A DNA stretch of 64,000 nt from an uncultured Candidatus Saccharibacteria bacterium (GCA_964646765.1 CAZYIA010000002.1:208735-272734); one strand, 5' to 3'; shown: positions 1 to 10,206, numbered from the stretch's first letter. Translations and numbers: made by a program. The notes: a model not told the origin generated them from the sequence alone.

Positions 1-594
1 ACATTTGCTTCAGGTCTCCGCAGTATTTTACGTCAGGACCCAGACATTATTTTCGTTGGTGAAATTCGTGATAAAGAAACTGCCCAACTTGCTATTCAAG
101 CGGCGCTTACAGGTCACTTAGTGTTCTCAACACTGCACACCAATACAGCTATTGGTGCAATCCCTCGTTTGATTGATATGGGTATTGATCCATACTTGAT
201 TGCTCCAACACTCATTCTTTCTATGGCGCAGCGTTTGGTGCGCATTGCCTGTGAGTCTTCCCGAAAAGAAGTACCTATGGACGAGGCAACGAGCCAAATG
301 CTCGAAAAGCAATTTGCCGATTTGCCGGGAGAACGACGAGCATCACTTGGCATTGGTCAAACCATGTACCAGATAGAACCGTCTCCTGAGTGTCCTTCCG
401 GAACCCGAGGCCGAGTAGCCGTATTTGAGATGTTTAAAGTTGATCGCGAAATTCAACGCCTCATTCTTGAAAAGCCAACAGAAGAAGGTTTGTACACCGA
501 ACTTCGAAAACGAGGCATGCTGACCATGCGTGAGGATGCTCTCTTAAAAGCACTTCGGGGGGAAGTGCCAATGCAGGATGTGTACGCACTCTAA
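1..594 (+). CDS. pilB: Type IV pilus assembly ATPase PilB/GspE, C-terminal part (5' truncated by the window edge)
   Basis: Frame is open from base 1: [20 protein letters not shown]...[12 protein letters not shown]...QRLVR...GRVAVFE, which are PilB/GspE motifs. Confidence 0.92.
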   Translation, partial: TFASGLRSILRQDPDIIFVGEIRDKETAQLAIQAALTGHLVFSTLHTNTAIGAIPRLIDMGIDPYLIAPTLILSMAQRLVRIACESSRKEVPMDEATSQMLEKQFADLPGERRASLGIGQTMYQIEPSPECPSGTRGRVAVFEMFKVDREIQRLILEKPTEEGLYTELRKRGMLTMREDALLKALRGEVPMQDVYAL

Positions 595-644
595 ATACTC
601 ACTATTAACCTTGGTCTTACCCATTAATAAGGTATACTAGTTCC

Positions 645-1070
645 ATGGCTGAAGCGACAACGACAGCAAATCCTCCGGCAGCATCAACTACACCTGCACA
701 AGGAAAAAAAATTCTTATCATTGACGATGATAGTTTTTTGCTCGATATGTATGCTCTGAAATTTAAGCAATCTGGTTTTGAGGTTGATACAGCTCTCGGT
801 TCAGTTTCGGCGCTTGAAAAGGCAAGAAATGGTGCGGCCCCAGATATTATGTTACTTGATTTGGTTATGCCTGTTATGGATGGTTTTGAGCTCCTCGAAA
901 AGCTCAAAGAAGAAAATCTGGTAGAAAAAACTATCAAGATTGTGCTCTCAAACCGCGGTGAATCTTCCGATGTGGATCGTGCGCGTGAACTTGGTGCAAA
1001 GGGCTACATTGTGAAAGCAAGTTGTACGCCATCCGAAGTCATTACTAAGGTCCTTGAATATACACGTTAG
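645..1070 (+). CDS. Single-domain response regulator (receiver only) within the pilus cluster
   Basis: ILIIDDD, LLDLVMPVMDGFE and GAKGYIVK receiver motifs; no output domain. Confidence 0.9.
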   Translation: MAEATTTANPPAASTTPAQGKKILIIDDDSFLLDMYALKFKQSGFEVDTALGSVSALEKARNGAAPDIMLLDLVMPVMDGFELLEKLKEENLVEKTIKIVLSNRGESSDVDRARELGAKGYIVKASCTPSEVITKVLEYTR

Positions 1071-1081
1071 CTTATTAACTT

Positions 1082-2140
1082 ATGGAATCAAACAAACTCG
1101 TCAACGATTTAATCACTACGCTCATTCGTGAAGGAGGTTCAGATCTTCACTTAGCGGTCGGTCGTCATCCAGCTATTCGTGTCTCAGGTTCTCTTGTCTT
1201 TTTGGTACATCGCGATGCACTCTCGGCGGAAGTTATGGCTGGTATTTTGCGTACATTTGTTGATGAAACAAAAGTTGCAAAGTTAAATGAAAATCAAGAA
1301 CTTGATTTTGCGTACGATTTTGAAGGCGGAGTTCGTTTGCGTGGTAACGCCTACTTCGAGCGCGGCAACTTAGCTATTGCACTTCGTCTTATTCCGAAAG
1401 TTAAGACGATGGACGAGTTGAAACTTCCAAAAGTACTTGAGACATTTGCCCGTAAGAAGCAAGGCTTTTTCTTAGTAGTAGGTCCGGTAGGGCAGGGAAA
1501 GAGTACAACGCTTTCTTCAATGGTATCGCTCATCAATGAAGAGCGATCAGAACATATTGTAACTATCGAAGATCCGATCGAGTATGTGTATGAAGCAAAG
1601 CACTCTATTATCGATCAACGAGAAGTTGGTATTGATACAAAAGATTTCCCTACGGCTCTTAAGTCAGTATTTCGTGAAGATGTAAACGTAATCATGGTGG
1701 GAGAAATGCGTGATCCAGCAACAATTGCCACCGCCGTGACAGCCGCGGAAACTGGGCACTTAGTGTTCTCAACACTCCATACTAACAATGCTTCGCAAAC
1801 CATCGATCGTATCATTGACGCTTTTCCTCCTGGCCAACAAGATCAAATTCGTGTGCAACTTTCCAACTCTCTTATTGGTATCTTTTCACAGCGTCTCATT
1901 CCTCGGATTACCGGCGGTCTTATTCCGGCCTACGAACTTTTAATCAATAACAATGCAGTATCTAATCTTATCCGAGAAAAGCGCACACACGAAATTGATG
2001 TCGTTATTGAAACTGGTTACGAACAAGGAATGGTGGACATGAACCGTTGTCTTGTTGAGCTGGTTCGTCAGGGAGAAATTTCTATGGACAACGCGTACCT
2101 GTATGCGCTCAATCCTAAGGCCCTCGAGCGTCTTCTCTAG
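1082..2140 (+). CDS. pilT: Type IV pilus retraction ATPase PilT
   Basis: SDLHL, Walker [38 protein letters not shown]. Confidence 0.95.
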   Translation: MESNKLVNDLITTLIREGGSDLHLAVGRHPAIRVSGSLVFLVHRDALSAEVMAGILRTFVDETKVAKLNENQELDFAYDFEGGVRLRGNAYFERGNLAIALRLIPKVKTMDELKLPKVLETFARKKQGFFLVVGPVGQGKSTTLSSMVSLINEERSEHIVTIEDPIEYVYEAKHSIIDQREVGIDTKDFPTALKSVFREDVNVIMVGEMRDPATIATAVTAAETGHLVFSTLHTNNASQTIDRIIDAFPPGQQDQIRVQLSNSLIGIFSQRLIPRITGGLIPAYELLINNNAVSNLIREKRTHEIDVVIETGYEQGMVDMNRCLVELVRQGEISMDNAYLYALNPKALERLL

Positions 2141-2161
2141 TAGTAATTAAACACAAGAATC

Positions 2162-3367
2162 ATGACGTATAAATATAAAGCAGTTACTTCTACCGGTGAG
2201 GCCCGCGAAGGTATCATCGAAGCTCAGAATAAGGATCTGGCTATTACCGCACTGCAACGTCGAGGATTTATTGTTACCTCAGTTACAGAAGAGGCTCAAA
2301 AAGGGGGAGTGTTTGCCGTTACTGTTTTCTCTGGCGTAAAACTCAAAGACGTTGTATTGATGTCGCGACAAATTGCGACACTCTTCGAAGCCCAAGTGTC
2401 TGCGGTAAAGGCCTTCTCGCTGCTTGGATCAAACGCTGAGAGTCCGGAACTCCGCTCAACTCTTGCAGCTGTTGTGGACGACATTCAAGCAGGTCTTTCG
2501 ATTTCTGGCGCCCTCGGTAAGCACCCAAAAGTATTCTCTGAATTCTATGTAAACATGGTGCGTGCTGGTGAAGAATCAGGAAAATTAAACCAAACCTTCG
2601 TCTACCTCGCTGATTACCTTGAACGTCAGTATGAACTTACTACCAAGACAAAGAATGCCCTCATTTACCCAGCTTTCGTTATTACGGTGTTCTTTGTGGT
2701 GATGATTCTCATGTTCGTCATGGTTATTCCTCAGCTTTCAAAACTCATTACCGAAAGCGGTCAGGATATTCCAGTCTATACTAAAGTGGTGATTGGTATT
2801 TCAAGTTTCTTGGTTCATTATGGTATTTTCCTCTTCATTGCTTTCATCGCCTTTCTTGCCTACATGTGGTGGCTTTCAATGACTGAGAAAGGGAAGGAGT
2901 ATCTCGATCGAGTTAAATTAGGAATGCCATTGTTTGGTAACCTATTCACAAAACTCTACTTGTCTCGTATTGCTGATAACCTTGATACGATGATTTCTTC
3001 TGGTATTCCTATCGTTCGAGCAATCGAAATTACAGGTACAGTTACCGGTAGCCGCGTCTACGGAATGCTGCTTGAGGACTCAGCAAACCGAGTGAAGAGC
3101 GGTAGTGCTCTCTCTGATGCTCTCGGCGCTCACGAAGAAATTCCACAAATTATGGTACAGATGGTAAAAGTGGGGGAAGAAACTGGTGGACTCTCAACTA
3201 TTTTGAAAACAGTTGCTCGTTTCTATAAGCGAGAAGTAGATGATGCCGTTGATAATCTTGTTGGTATGATTGAACCAGTGATGATCGTGGTGCTTGGTGC
3301 TGGTGTCGCTATTCTCCTCGCTTCTATTTTGGTTCCGATCTACAACATTGCCTCTGGTATTGCGTAA
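2162..3367 (+). CDS. pilC: Type IV pilus inner-membrane platform protein PilC (GspF family)
   Basis: Two T2SSF repeats (GEESGKL, GEETGGL), ALIYP, IEPVMIV. Confidence 0.95.
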   Translation: MTYKYKAVTSTGEAREGIIEAQNKDLAITALQRRGFIVTSVTEEAQKGGVFAVTVFSGVKLKDVVLMSRQIATLFEAQVSAVKAFSLLGSNAESPELRSTLAAVVDDIQAGLSISGALGKHPKVFSEFYVNMVRAGEESGKLNQTFVYLADYLERQYELTTKTKNALIYPAFVITVFFVVMILMFVMVIPQLSKLITESGQDIPVYTKVVIGISSFLVHYGIFLFIAFIAFLAYMWWLSMTEKGKEYLDRVKLGMPLFGNLFTKLYLSRIADNLDTMISSGIPIVRAIEITGTVTGSRVYGMLLEDSANRVKSGSALSDALGAHEEIPQIMVQMVKVGEETGGLSTILKTVARFYKREVDDAVDNLVGMIEPVMIVVLGAGVAILLASILVPIYNIASGIA

Positions 3368-3390
3368 AAAAGGTATCTATTGACGACATA

Positions 3391-3422
3391 GAAAACGCGC
3401 GGTGAAATCATCGCGCGTTTTC
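3391..3422 (+). terminator. Stem-loop after pilC, probable intrinsic terminator
   Basis: GAAAACGCGCGGTGA-AA-TCATCGCGCGTTTTC inverted repeat. Confidence 0.6.
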
Positions 3423-3563
3423 CACACCCTGTATTTACACGGTAATTTCAGAAAAAGGGTATAATTTCTCCATGTTCCGCTCCGTGTTGGAGCACGGAGC
3501 AATTAGTAGGTCGTGTTTCTTCCCATTATTAGTAACTTGGAAGAAACATAGTTTTTAGAAAAT

Positions 3564-3920
3564 ATGTCGAACAACAAAGGTTTTACGCTCATCGAACTCC
3601 TCGTCGTTATCGCAATTATCGGAATCCTCTCAGCAGTTGTGCTCACTTCCCTCAACAGTGCACGTACAAAGGCTAAGACTGCTGCTTTCAAGTCTGAAGT
3701 AACTAGTATCCTCCCAAGTCTTATCACAGCTTGTGATACTGATGGTGCTACTCTTACAACTGCAGCTGCACAGACTGGTAGTACTCACGGTGCAGGAACA
3801 AGTGTTTCAAACACTTGTGGTACTACAGACACTTTCAGCGTTACCTACACGGCAACGAACGGTGCTGACTCTGCTGCTGACGTTGCAGTTTGTACCGAAT
3901 CTGGCTGTACATTCAGCTAA
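3564..3920 (+). CDS. pilA: Type IV major pilin (PilA-like)
   Basis: KG|FTLIELLVVIAIIGIL class III signal, short Cys-containing C-terminal domain, own promoter and terminator. Confidence 0.85.
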   Translation: MSNNKGFTLIELLVVIAIIGILSAVVLTSLNSARTKAKTAAFKSEVTSILPSLITACDTDGATLTTAAAQTGSTHGAGTSVSNTCGTTDTFSVTYTATNGADSAADVAVCTESGCTFS

Positions 3921-3935
3921 ACCAAAACACTGGTT

Positions 3936-3964
3936 AACAAAAACCCCCTCTGGGGGTTTTTGTT
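3936..3964 (+). terminator. Intrinsic terminator after the pilin
   Basis: AACAAAAACCCCC-TCT-GGGGGTTTTTGTT followed by a T run. Confidence 0.8.
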
Positions 3965-4015
3965 TTTGCACCAAGAACTCTAGTAGGAGGGGAATTGCTC
4001 TGGTATACTTTCTGC

Positions 4016-4822
4016 ATGGAGCTTCTGCTCGGACTAATCATTTTTTTCTTTGGCACAATCATTGGCAGTTTCTTAAACGTTGTTGCGTATCGGTTCAATA
4101 CCGGCAAAACATTGGGGGGGCGTTCTATGTGTTTTTCCTGCGGGAAGACACTCCACTGGCATGAGCTTGTGCCGATTGCTTCATACTTAAATCAACGTGG
4201 TCGTTGTCTGGGTTGTAAAAGTCGCATCTCAGCTCAGTATCCAATTGTCGAAGCTATAACCGGTTTTTTATTTGTTCTTCTCTATATTCATTTTTCATAC
4301 CTTCTTCCAACTAACATCCTTCTCTTTGGTATTCATTTTATTTACGCAGCAATTCTGTGGTCAATTGCTCTTGTCATTGCGGTATACGATATTCGACACA
4401 CGATTATTCCTGAGCGACTTGTCTGGCTTCTAGCGGTACTTTCATTCATAAGTATTTTTGTATTTCTTGGCGACGGACTTGTGTTGCATATACCAGCAGT
4501 GCTCGACATTTTCTCTGGCGTAATTTTAGCGTTACCATTTGCTCTCCTCTGGTATTTTTCTGACGGTAAACTCATGGGGCTAGGGGACGCCAAACTAACA
4601 CTGGCTCTTGCGTACATAGTTCCGTCTCTTACCTACGGATTATCATCTCTGATGATTTCTTTCTGGGTCGGGGCAGTAGTGTCACTCTTCTTGCTCGCTC
4701 TCCGAAAGACACGTTACTCTCTCAAGAGTGAAATTCCATTTGGACCGTTTCTTATGATCGGATTTCTTATTGTATTTTTAACCGGGGTAACTATTGTCGA
4801 CCTCATGACACTTTTTTCATAA
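4016..4822 (+). CDS. pilD: Prepilin peptidase PilD (A24)
   Basis: GSFLNVV, two CxxC motifs (CFSC, CLGC), YD..., GLGDAKL, IPFGPFL; ATG 4016 chosen. Confidence 0.93.
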   Translation: MELLLGLIIFFFGTIIGSFLNVVAYRFNTGKTLGGRSMCFSCGKTLHWHELVPIASYLNQRGRCLGCKSRISAQYPIVEAITGFLFVLLYIHFSYLLPTNILLFGIHFIYAAILWSIALVIAVYDIRHTIIPERLVWLLAVLSFISIFVFLGDGLVLHIPAVLDIFSGVILALPFALLWYFSDGKLMGLGDAKLTLALAYIVPSLTYGLSSLMISFWVGAVVSLFLLALRKTRYSLKSEIPFGPFLMIGFLIVFLTGVTIVDLMTLFS

Positions 4823-4825
4823 TCT

Positions 4826-5662
4826 ATGAAATTATTTACACGCCGCGTCTCTCGTACTGTATATCAAGGATTAACTTCACTTGAGCTTATTGTTGTTCTC
4901 GCGATCTTCGGTATTCTTTCTGGTATCACCATGTTTAATTACGGGTCATTTTCTGCTGGAGTGAACCTTCAAAACACCACCCAACAAGTGGCTCTTCGTA
5001 TTCAGCAAGCACAAACAGAAGCTATTTCTGGTCGCTATCCTCATTTTGCTGATTCACAGCAATCAATTTATCCAGGATGGAAACCAGCCTTTGGTACCTA
5101 TTTTGCTACGGCCTACCCAACAACCTTCGCCTACTTTTTTGATCAGAATGGTGAGAACGCAGGAGGTTTTTCACGCGATGGCATTATGAGTGGTGATCCA
5201 CCACTTTCCAACGATCCAAGTAGTGTTCTTGCCGGAACCGAAACCTGCGGCACTCAGAATAAAGAATGTCTCGATGTTATTTCTATTAAGAGTGGGGAAC
5301 ACATTGTTGGTATTTGTAATGACGATATTACTGCGCAAAATAGTTGTCACGATAATGTTTCCATTTCATTTCAGCGCCCATTTCCACCGGCTAAAATTAT
5401 TGTAGAACCTCACGCTGATGGCACATACGACAGCTCAATCCAACCAGTAGAACGAGTGACTATTCTTATTCTTGGTAAAAATTCCCAAGGGCTTCGTGGT
5501 GTTGTGGTAACTCGCTTAGGCCAAATTTATACTCGAACTCTTACTGCCCAGGATGCTTCCACTATTCATCTCACACAAACTACTCTAGGGTTGAGTGGAA
5601 TTGATTTTTCATTTTTTAATCAACAGCCACAGGGAGGTGGCTGCCAGGGTATTCAATGTTAA
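4826..5662 (+). CDS. Minor pilin (FimT/FimU-like)
   Basis: QG|LTSLELIVVLAIFGIL prepilin N-terminus; C-terminal 'TRLGQI'. Confidence 0.8.
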   Translation: MKLFTRRVSRTVYQGLTSLELIVVLAIFGILSGITMFNYGSFSAGVNLQNTTQQVALRIQQAQTEAISGRYPHFADSQQSIYPGWKPAFGTYFATAYPTTFAYFFDQNGENAGGFSRDGIMSGDPPLSNDPSSVLAGTETCGTQNKECLDVISIKSGEHIVGICNDDITAQNSCHDNVSISFQRPFPPAKIIVEPHADGTYDSSIQPVERVTILILGKNSQGLRGVVVTRLGQIYTRTLTAQDASTIHLTQTTLGLSGIDFSFFNQQPQGGGCQGIQC

Positions 5663-6297
5663 AGTATAAGGAGAATATAGTAGGTATGTATCGAGCTTGT
5701 CATAATCAAAAAAAGCACACGAGAGGATTTACTCTCATCGAAATGCTTCTTGCAACAGGGATTTTTGTCGTTGTGGTAACTGTTGGTGTTGGTGCTGTGT
5801 TGAGTGTCGCTCGTGCCCATCGTGCAACCGCTGAAATTCGCCAAGCCGTTGATACGCTCTACTTTGTGATGGAAGATATCACTCGAAATGCTCGCTTAGG
5901 AACAGTCTTTCGTACTGACCCAAACTCAACGACGGCTCAAGAATTTCCTTTGGTGAGCACCGATGGTGTTTCTGGTAGTCTTTCACTCGTCTTTACTAAC
6001 TACTTAGCACCTCGAACAGACACTCTCTACCCGAACGATCCTAACTACTTGTATGAATATGATATTGAGCAGGGGCAGGATCAGATTGGTCGGATTGTTA
6101 AGAAAACCGCTGAGTATCCGTTAGGAATTAGAATGACTCCAGCAACCGTAGATATTGATCTTACTCGATCAGGATTTTCAGTTGCCAATTCGCTCGGGTA
6201 TCCACTAATTACACTTCGACTTTATGGAAATCTAAAATACCAGTCAACAACTATTCCTTTTAATATTCAAACGAGTATTTCTCCACGTACACGATAA
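5656..6297 (+). CDS. Minor pilin (PilW-like)
   Basis: RG|FTLIEMLLA prepilin motif; 'MEDITRNARLG'. Confidence 0.82.
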   Translation: MLKYKENIVGMYRACHNQKKHTRGFTLIEMLLATGIFVVVVTVGVGAVLSVARAHRATAEIRQAVDTLYFVMEDITRNARLGTVFRTDPNSTTAQEFPLVSTDGVSGSLSLVFTNYLAPRTDTLYPNDPNYLYEYDIEQGQDQIGRIVKKTAEYPLGIRMTPATVDIDLTRSGFSVANSLGYPLITLRLYGNLKYQSTTIPFNIQTSISPRTR

Positions 6298-6301
6298 CTA
6301 T

Positions 6302-6862
6302 ATGAATACACACTACACAAATACACAAAGAGGATTTACGCTTGTCGAGACGCTTGTTGCAATATTTATTTTTGCTTCGTCTATCGTGGTGATGCTTACG
6401 GTTACCTCTGGTGGAATTTCTGAAGTATCTGTTCTCCGTAATAAAATTACTGCGAGCTATCTTGCGCAAGAGGGAATTGAACTTGTGCGCAATAGTCGTG
6501 ATCGTAATATTTTAAACGAGCAGAACGCTTCGCTCGGGTGGCAACAATTTATAGCAGAAACTGGTGCGTGTCAAAGTAATGTTGGTTGTAACTTTAGTTT
6601 GTTGCCAGGCCCAACCCCTTCTATTCTTGCGTGTGGTACTTCCCCAAATGATCCGTGTCAAATTGCAGCAGGGATTTCTTCTAATGTGTATGTTCCCGAA
6701 ACACTGAACAGTTTGCAGCTTAATCCAACGATCTTTCATCGGAAAATTACTATAACGCCTACAGCTACCAGTGAGGAAGCTCAGGCAACCGTAGTGGTAA
6801 CTTGGCAGCAAGGTCTTAGTACACAAAGTATTACTCTTGAAGAGTATCTTTATAGTTGGTAA
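6302..6862 (+). CDS. Minor pilin (PilV-like)
   Basis: RG|FTLVETLVAI; 'ASYLAQEGIELVRN'. Confidence 0.85.
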   Translation: MNTHYTNTQRGFTLVETLVAIFIFASSIVVMLTVTSGGISEVSVLRNKITASYLAQEGIELVRNSRDRNILNEQNASLGWQQFIAETGACQSNVGCNFSLLPGPTPSILACGTSPNDPCQIAAGISSNVYVPETLNSLQLNPTIFHRKITITPTATSEEAQATVVVTWQQGLSTQSITLEEYLYSW

Positions 6863-6873
6863 TCATTTTTTAT

Positions 6874-9800
6874 ATGAGAAATTTTTTTTCCTCGAAGCAT
6901 CGATCAGAACGCGGATACGTTATTCTCTTCACTGTTCTTATCTGTAGCATCATCTTAGCGATGGCCCTTGGTATTGCGAATGTTGCCTATCGAGAAGATA
7001 CATTCACGATTGATGCACGAGATTCTCACTACGCACTTTTTGCCGCGGACTCAGCCGCAGAATGTGCTCTACATTACCTCTTATTGCCAACAGGAAGTCC
7101 GTTTGTTGATTCAATCACCGGAGATTGGGTTGATCCAGTTACCATTACTTGTGGAGAAGAAAATGGTGCTCCAATTTCTCTTCGTGCAACAAACCAGGGA
7201 AGTCCAACAAGCCCAGATTATATTTTTGATGTAAACGCGGACACACTTAATCCCGCCGGAGTTGTATTACCAAAAGGTTGTGGTATTCCTCGGGTAGTTG
7301 AAGTAAGTGAAAATAACCAAAACTATATTAAGGTACAAGGAATTGGTTATAACTTTGATTGCACAACCTTCTTTGGTTTTGGCACGAATTTGCCGGCGAA
7401 ACTCGTACAGCGTGCCATTGAATATAATTTCTCTCTTGATGCTAATCAAAATTCCGGTAACCCAATTTCAGGTTCTGGTGTATTAAATATTTCAGGTTTT
7501 GATCCTGGAGCTTTGACTGGAACTATTTCGAGCACTACTCAAAATAGCGGGGGAGGCGTTCTCGGTAACAGCCAAGGTGGCACATTATGGACTACACTTA
7601 CTAACTTCTTCGCTAATCTGTTTGGGATTAACACCAACGGTGCTAATGGGGGTGGAACGATTAATTCGGGAAACTATCAAGGACAACTTCAGACCGCCAA
7701 CCAAACAAATCTAAATCTTCTTCAAAACCCAGTAGGGAATAATGGTTCAACAAACTTTCAATCTAATAGTGCTCCTGATGCTCGCATGACCGGAACTCAG
7801 TCTCCAGACTATGCCCCTGTCTATGGAACGACCGGTACTACAACATATCAAAAAACACTTACGACGGATGCGAATGGCAATTTGTATGTTCCGGACGATT
7901 CACTTTCTCGTCTTAGCACTGGGCTTAGGGTAAATACTGCAGCTGATACTGCAGCTAGTCTAAAAACGCAGGATCTTTCTACTGATTGGTTCAATCGTTT
8001 TTTTGGTGCTGATCCTGAGGCTGATGTTCTCTTAAAGCAGGCGCAGCTCGCTCAACAGGCTCGGCAAGCCCCTGTTTCAGTATATGATTCTTCGGTGTTA
8101 CAGATTAAAGCTCTTCCTGATGGCGTAGAGAAGAGTGTTGCTATCGCAAATACTGTGCTCTCTCGTTACGCAGACCTTTCTGGAGATACCTCAATTCTAA
8201 AAACAGTAGATCCTAAATCGCTCGTCGAAATTGCTCAAAAAATGTCATTCGATGGTGCTGCCGCTGACCCAAGTAAAGTGGCAGAACTCTTTAAACAGTA
8301 TGATGCAGCGAATGGAACTTCGGTTGCTAGTACTATTAACTCAGAACTGCTTGCTAAAATTGTTACTGAGTTTGCTTCAATTTCAGAAACACAACCAGTA
8401 CAAACTTCTGTCTCAGTTCCGATACTTCGCCGAGTTGTTGATTTCTTCCTAAATCTTTTTGGCCAGGCTCAACAACAAGCCGCAGTTTCGCGGTTGGCGA
8501 GTACACAAGATGATATGCTCGCGGCAAAGAGTGCTTTGGCGGCATATGGTGACGCCACTAAAGATTGGACCACTGTTTCAGTTATTAATCCTGAAATTCT
8601 CTCATCAATACTTTCGCAGTATTCGACTGACGGAGTTATTACTGAAGAGATTACTTCAGATATCGTGAAAAAGTATGCAGCTGCGGTTAATGATCCAGCT
8701 ATGGTCGCTACGGTTGATCTAAAAGCGTTGACTACGGCGCTCAATGAAGCTCGTCTCGATTCACGAATTATGCCGGCAACGGCAACAACTGTTTCTATTA
8801 CTGAAGATGGTGTGACACGAGCATTGATGAAGTTGGAAGATCCTACCAATCCTATTCAAGTTCCGTTATTTACCAAGCTCGCCAATACTATTCTTCCTGA
8901 TGGTCCGGTGACACCAGATATTGCTAAAGTCTTTCTTGATAAATACGCTGAAGCTACTGGTGATACCAAGGCTATAAGCACTATCGACACCGTAACGCTT
9001 GCTGGTGTTTTAAATGATCTCAGAGCTAATGCCGTAGCAACACCGGCAGCTTCTACTGTTCTTCCTGTAAAAGTCTCATTACTCTCTCGCATGAGTGCTT
9101 ACCTTAGCCAGCTTTTGGGGGTACGACAGAAACAAGCCGTCTTGGTTACCTATGAAGCAAAACCAGCGACTGCTGTTCCACCAGTAGATATGGTGAGCTT
9201 TGGAGATAAAGTATACTCAATTGCGATTTCAATGGGGGTAAAAGATTCTGATGCCCAAGTTGCTCAAGATGATATTGTGAAGAACGGTTTCCTTACTTCA
9301 ATGAGTAAAGACGTTATTGATACGAACTATGGAGATACTCTTTGGAATGCTTTCTACGCAAAAGTAAAAGAAACATATACTACGTTACAGGCTGAATCAG
9401 CCGCAACCGCCAGTCGCGTACTTCAGGTTGCTTCTACACCAATTTCAGGCTATCAAGAGGCTATTCTAAAAGTAAAATCCATGCCGGATGGAACTGAAAA
9501 AGATATTGCTATCGCTAATACTATCCTTTCTCAATATTCTTCACTCTCCGGAGACGCTTCAATTTCCCAGACGGTAGATCCTAAATCACTCATTGAAATT
9601 GCTCAAAAAATGTCATTCGATGGTGCTGCTGCTGACCCAAGTACGGTAGGGGAACTCTTTAAACAGTATGATGCAGCGAATGGAACTTCGGTTGCTAGTC
9701 AGGTTAACAATGATTTATTTGCAAAGGTTGTTAGCGAATTCGCCTCTGTCTCAAAAGCTGAGAATACCCCTGCTCCAATCCCAGTTCCAATCACGCGCCA

Positions 9801-10206
9801 GATTTTGAACTTCTTTTTGAGTATTTTTGGCCAAGCTCCACAACCAGTACAGAAGATGGAGGCTACGGCCCCGAGCGCGATGTTTAGTAGTGCTGATGTG
9901 GCACAACCGGCGTACGTTGCATTTAAAACACCTGTTCCTGTTTCTGTTCTCGATTCAATATCGAAACTTGCGAGCAGCCTCGGAATTTCTGATGCTGATG
10001 CACTCGTTGTTCGCAATGACATTGAAAAGAACGGTTTTTTCACTGACGTAAGTAATACTACGATTGTTGGCGACTATGGAGATGTCCTTTGGGGAACCTT
10101 TTATGAGAAAACCAAAGATATTATCTATGCGGCAGAAGCACAAAGTACTCAAGCACTACAACAGGCAAATCAAACTCCTCAAGCTGTACTTCAACTCCTT
10201 CGCTGA
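6874..10206 (+). CDS. Very large PilX-like minor pilin with ~900-aa repetitive C-terminal extension
   Basis: ERG|YVILFTVLI (no Glu5) and 'ALFAADSAAECAL' match a PilX N-terminus; last gene of the minor pilin run; ATG 6874 chosen. Confidence 0.75.
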   Translation: MRNFFSSKHRSERGYVILFTVLICSIILAMALGIANVAYREDTFTIDARDSHYALFAADSAAECALHYLLLPTGSPFVDSITGDWVDPVTITCGEENGAPISLRATNQGSPTSPDYIFDVNADTLNPAGVVLPKGCGIPRVVEVSENNQNYIKVQGIGYNFDCTTFFGFGTNLPAKLVQRAIEYNFSLDANQNSGNPISGSGVLNISGFDPGALTGTISSTTQNSGGGVLGNSQGGTLWTTLTNFFANLFGINTNGANGGGTINSGNYQGQLQTANQTNLNLLQNPVGNNGSTNFQSNSAPDARMTGTQSPDYAPVYGTTGTTTYQKTLTTDANGNLYVPDDSLSRLSTGLRVNTAADTAASLKTQDLSTDWFNRFFGADPEADVLLKQAQLAQQARQAPVSVYDSSVLQIKALPDGVEKSVAIANTVLSRYADLSGDTSILKTVDPKSLVEIAQKMSFDGAAADPSKVAELFKQYDAANGTSVASTINSELLAKIVTEFASISETQPVQTSVSVPILRRVVDFFLNLFGQAQQQAAVSRLASTQDDMLAAKSALAAYGDATKDWTTVSVINPEILSSILSQYSTDGVITEEITSDIVKKYAAAVNDPAMVATVDLKALTTALNEARLDSRIMPATATTVSITEDGVTRALMKLEDPTNPIQVPLFTKLANTILPDGPVTPDIAKVFLDKYAEATGDTKAISTIDTVTLAGVLNDLRANAVATPAASTVLPVKVSLLSRMSAYLSQLLGVRQKQAVLVTYEAKPATAVPPVDMVSFGDKVYSIAISMGVKDSDAQVAQDDIVKNGFLTSMSKDVIDTNYGDTLWNAFYAKVKETYTTLQAESAATASRVLQVASTPISGYQEAILKVKSMPDGTEKDIAIANTILSQYSSLSGDASISQTVDPKSLIEIAQKMSFDGAAADPSTVGELFKQYDAANGTSVASQVNNDLFAKVVSEFASVSKAENTPAPIPVPITRQILNFFLSIFGQAPQPVQKMEATAPSAMFSSADVAQPAYVAFKTPVPVSVLDSISKLASSLGISDADALVVRNDIEKNGFFTDVSNTTIVGDYGDVLWGTFYEKTKDIIYAAEAQSTQALQQANQTPQAVLQLLR
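8206..9699 (+). repeat. Internal direct repeat: 8206-8331 vs 9574-9699 (126 bp, near-identical), the core of a ~125-aa duplicated domain
   Basis: Both copies read gtagatcctaaatc...gaaattgctcaaaaaatgtcattcgatggtgctgc...gaactctttaaacagtatgatgcagcgaatggaacttcggttgctagt. Confidence 0.9.

Noticed and set aside
3733-4164. 143-aa alternative-frame ORF over the pilin and pilD, and many similar short overlapping ORFs
   Set aside because: Shadow ORFs overlapping well-supported genes and crossing a terminator
8206-9699. Near-identical repeat pair as a possible diversity-generating retroelement TR/VR
   Set aside because: Both copies are in-frame parts of one ORF, the differences are not confined to adenines of one copy, and no reverse transcriptase is in the window
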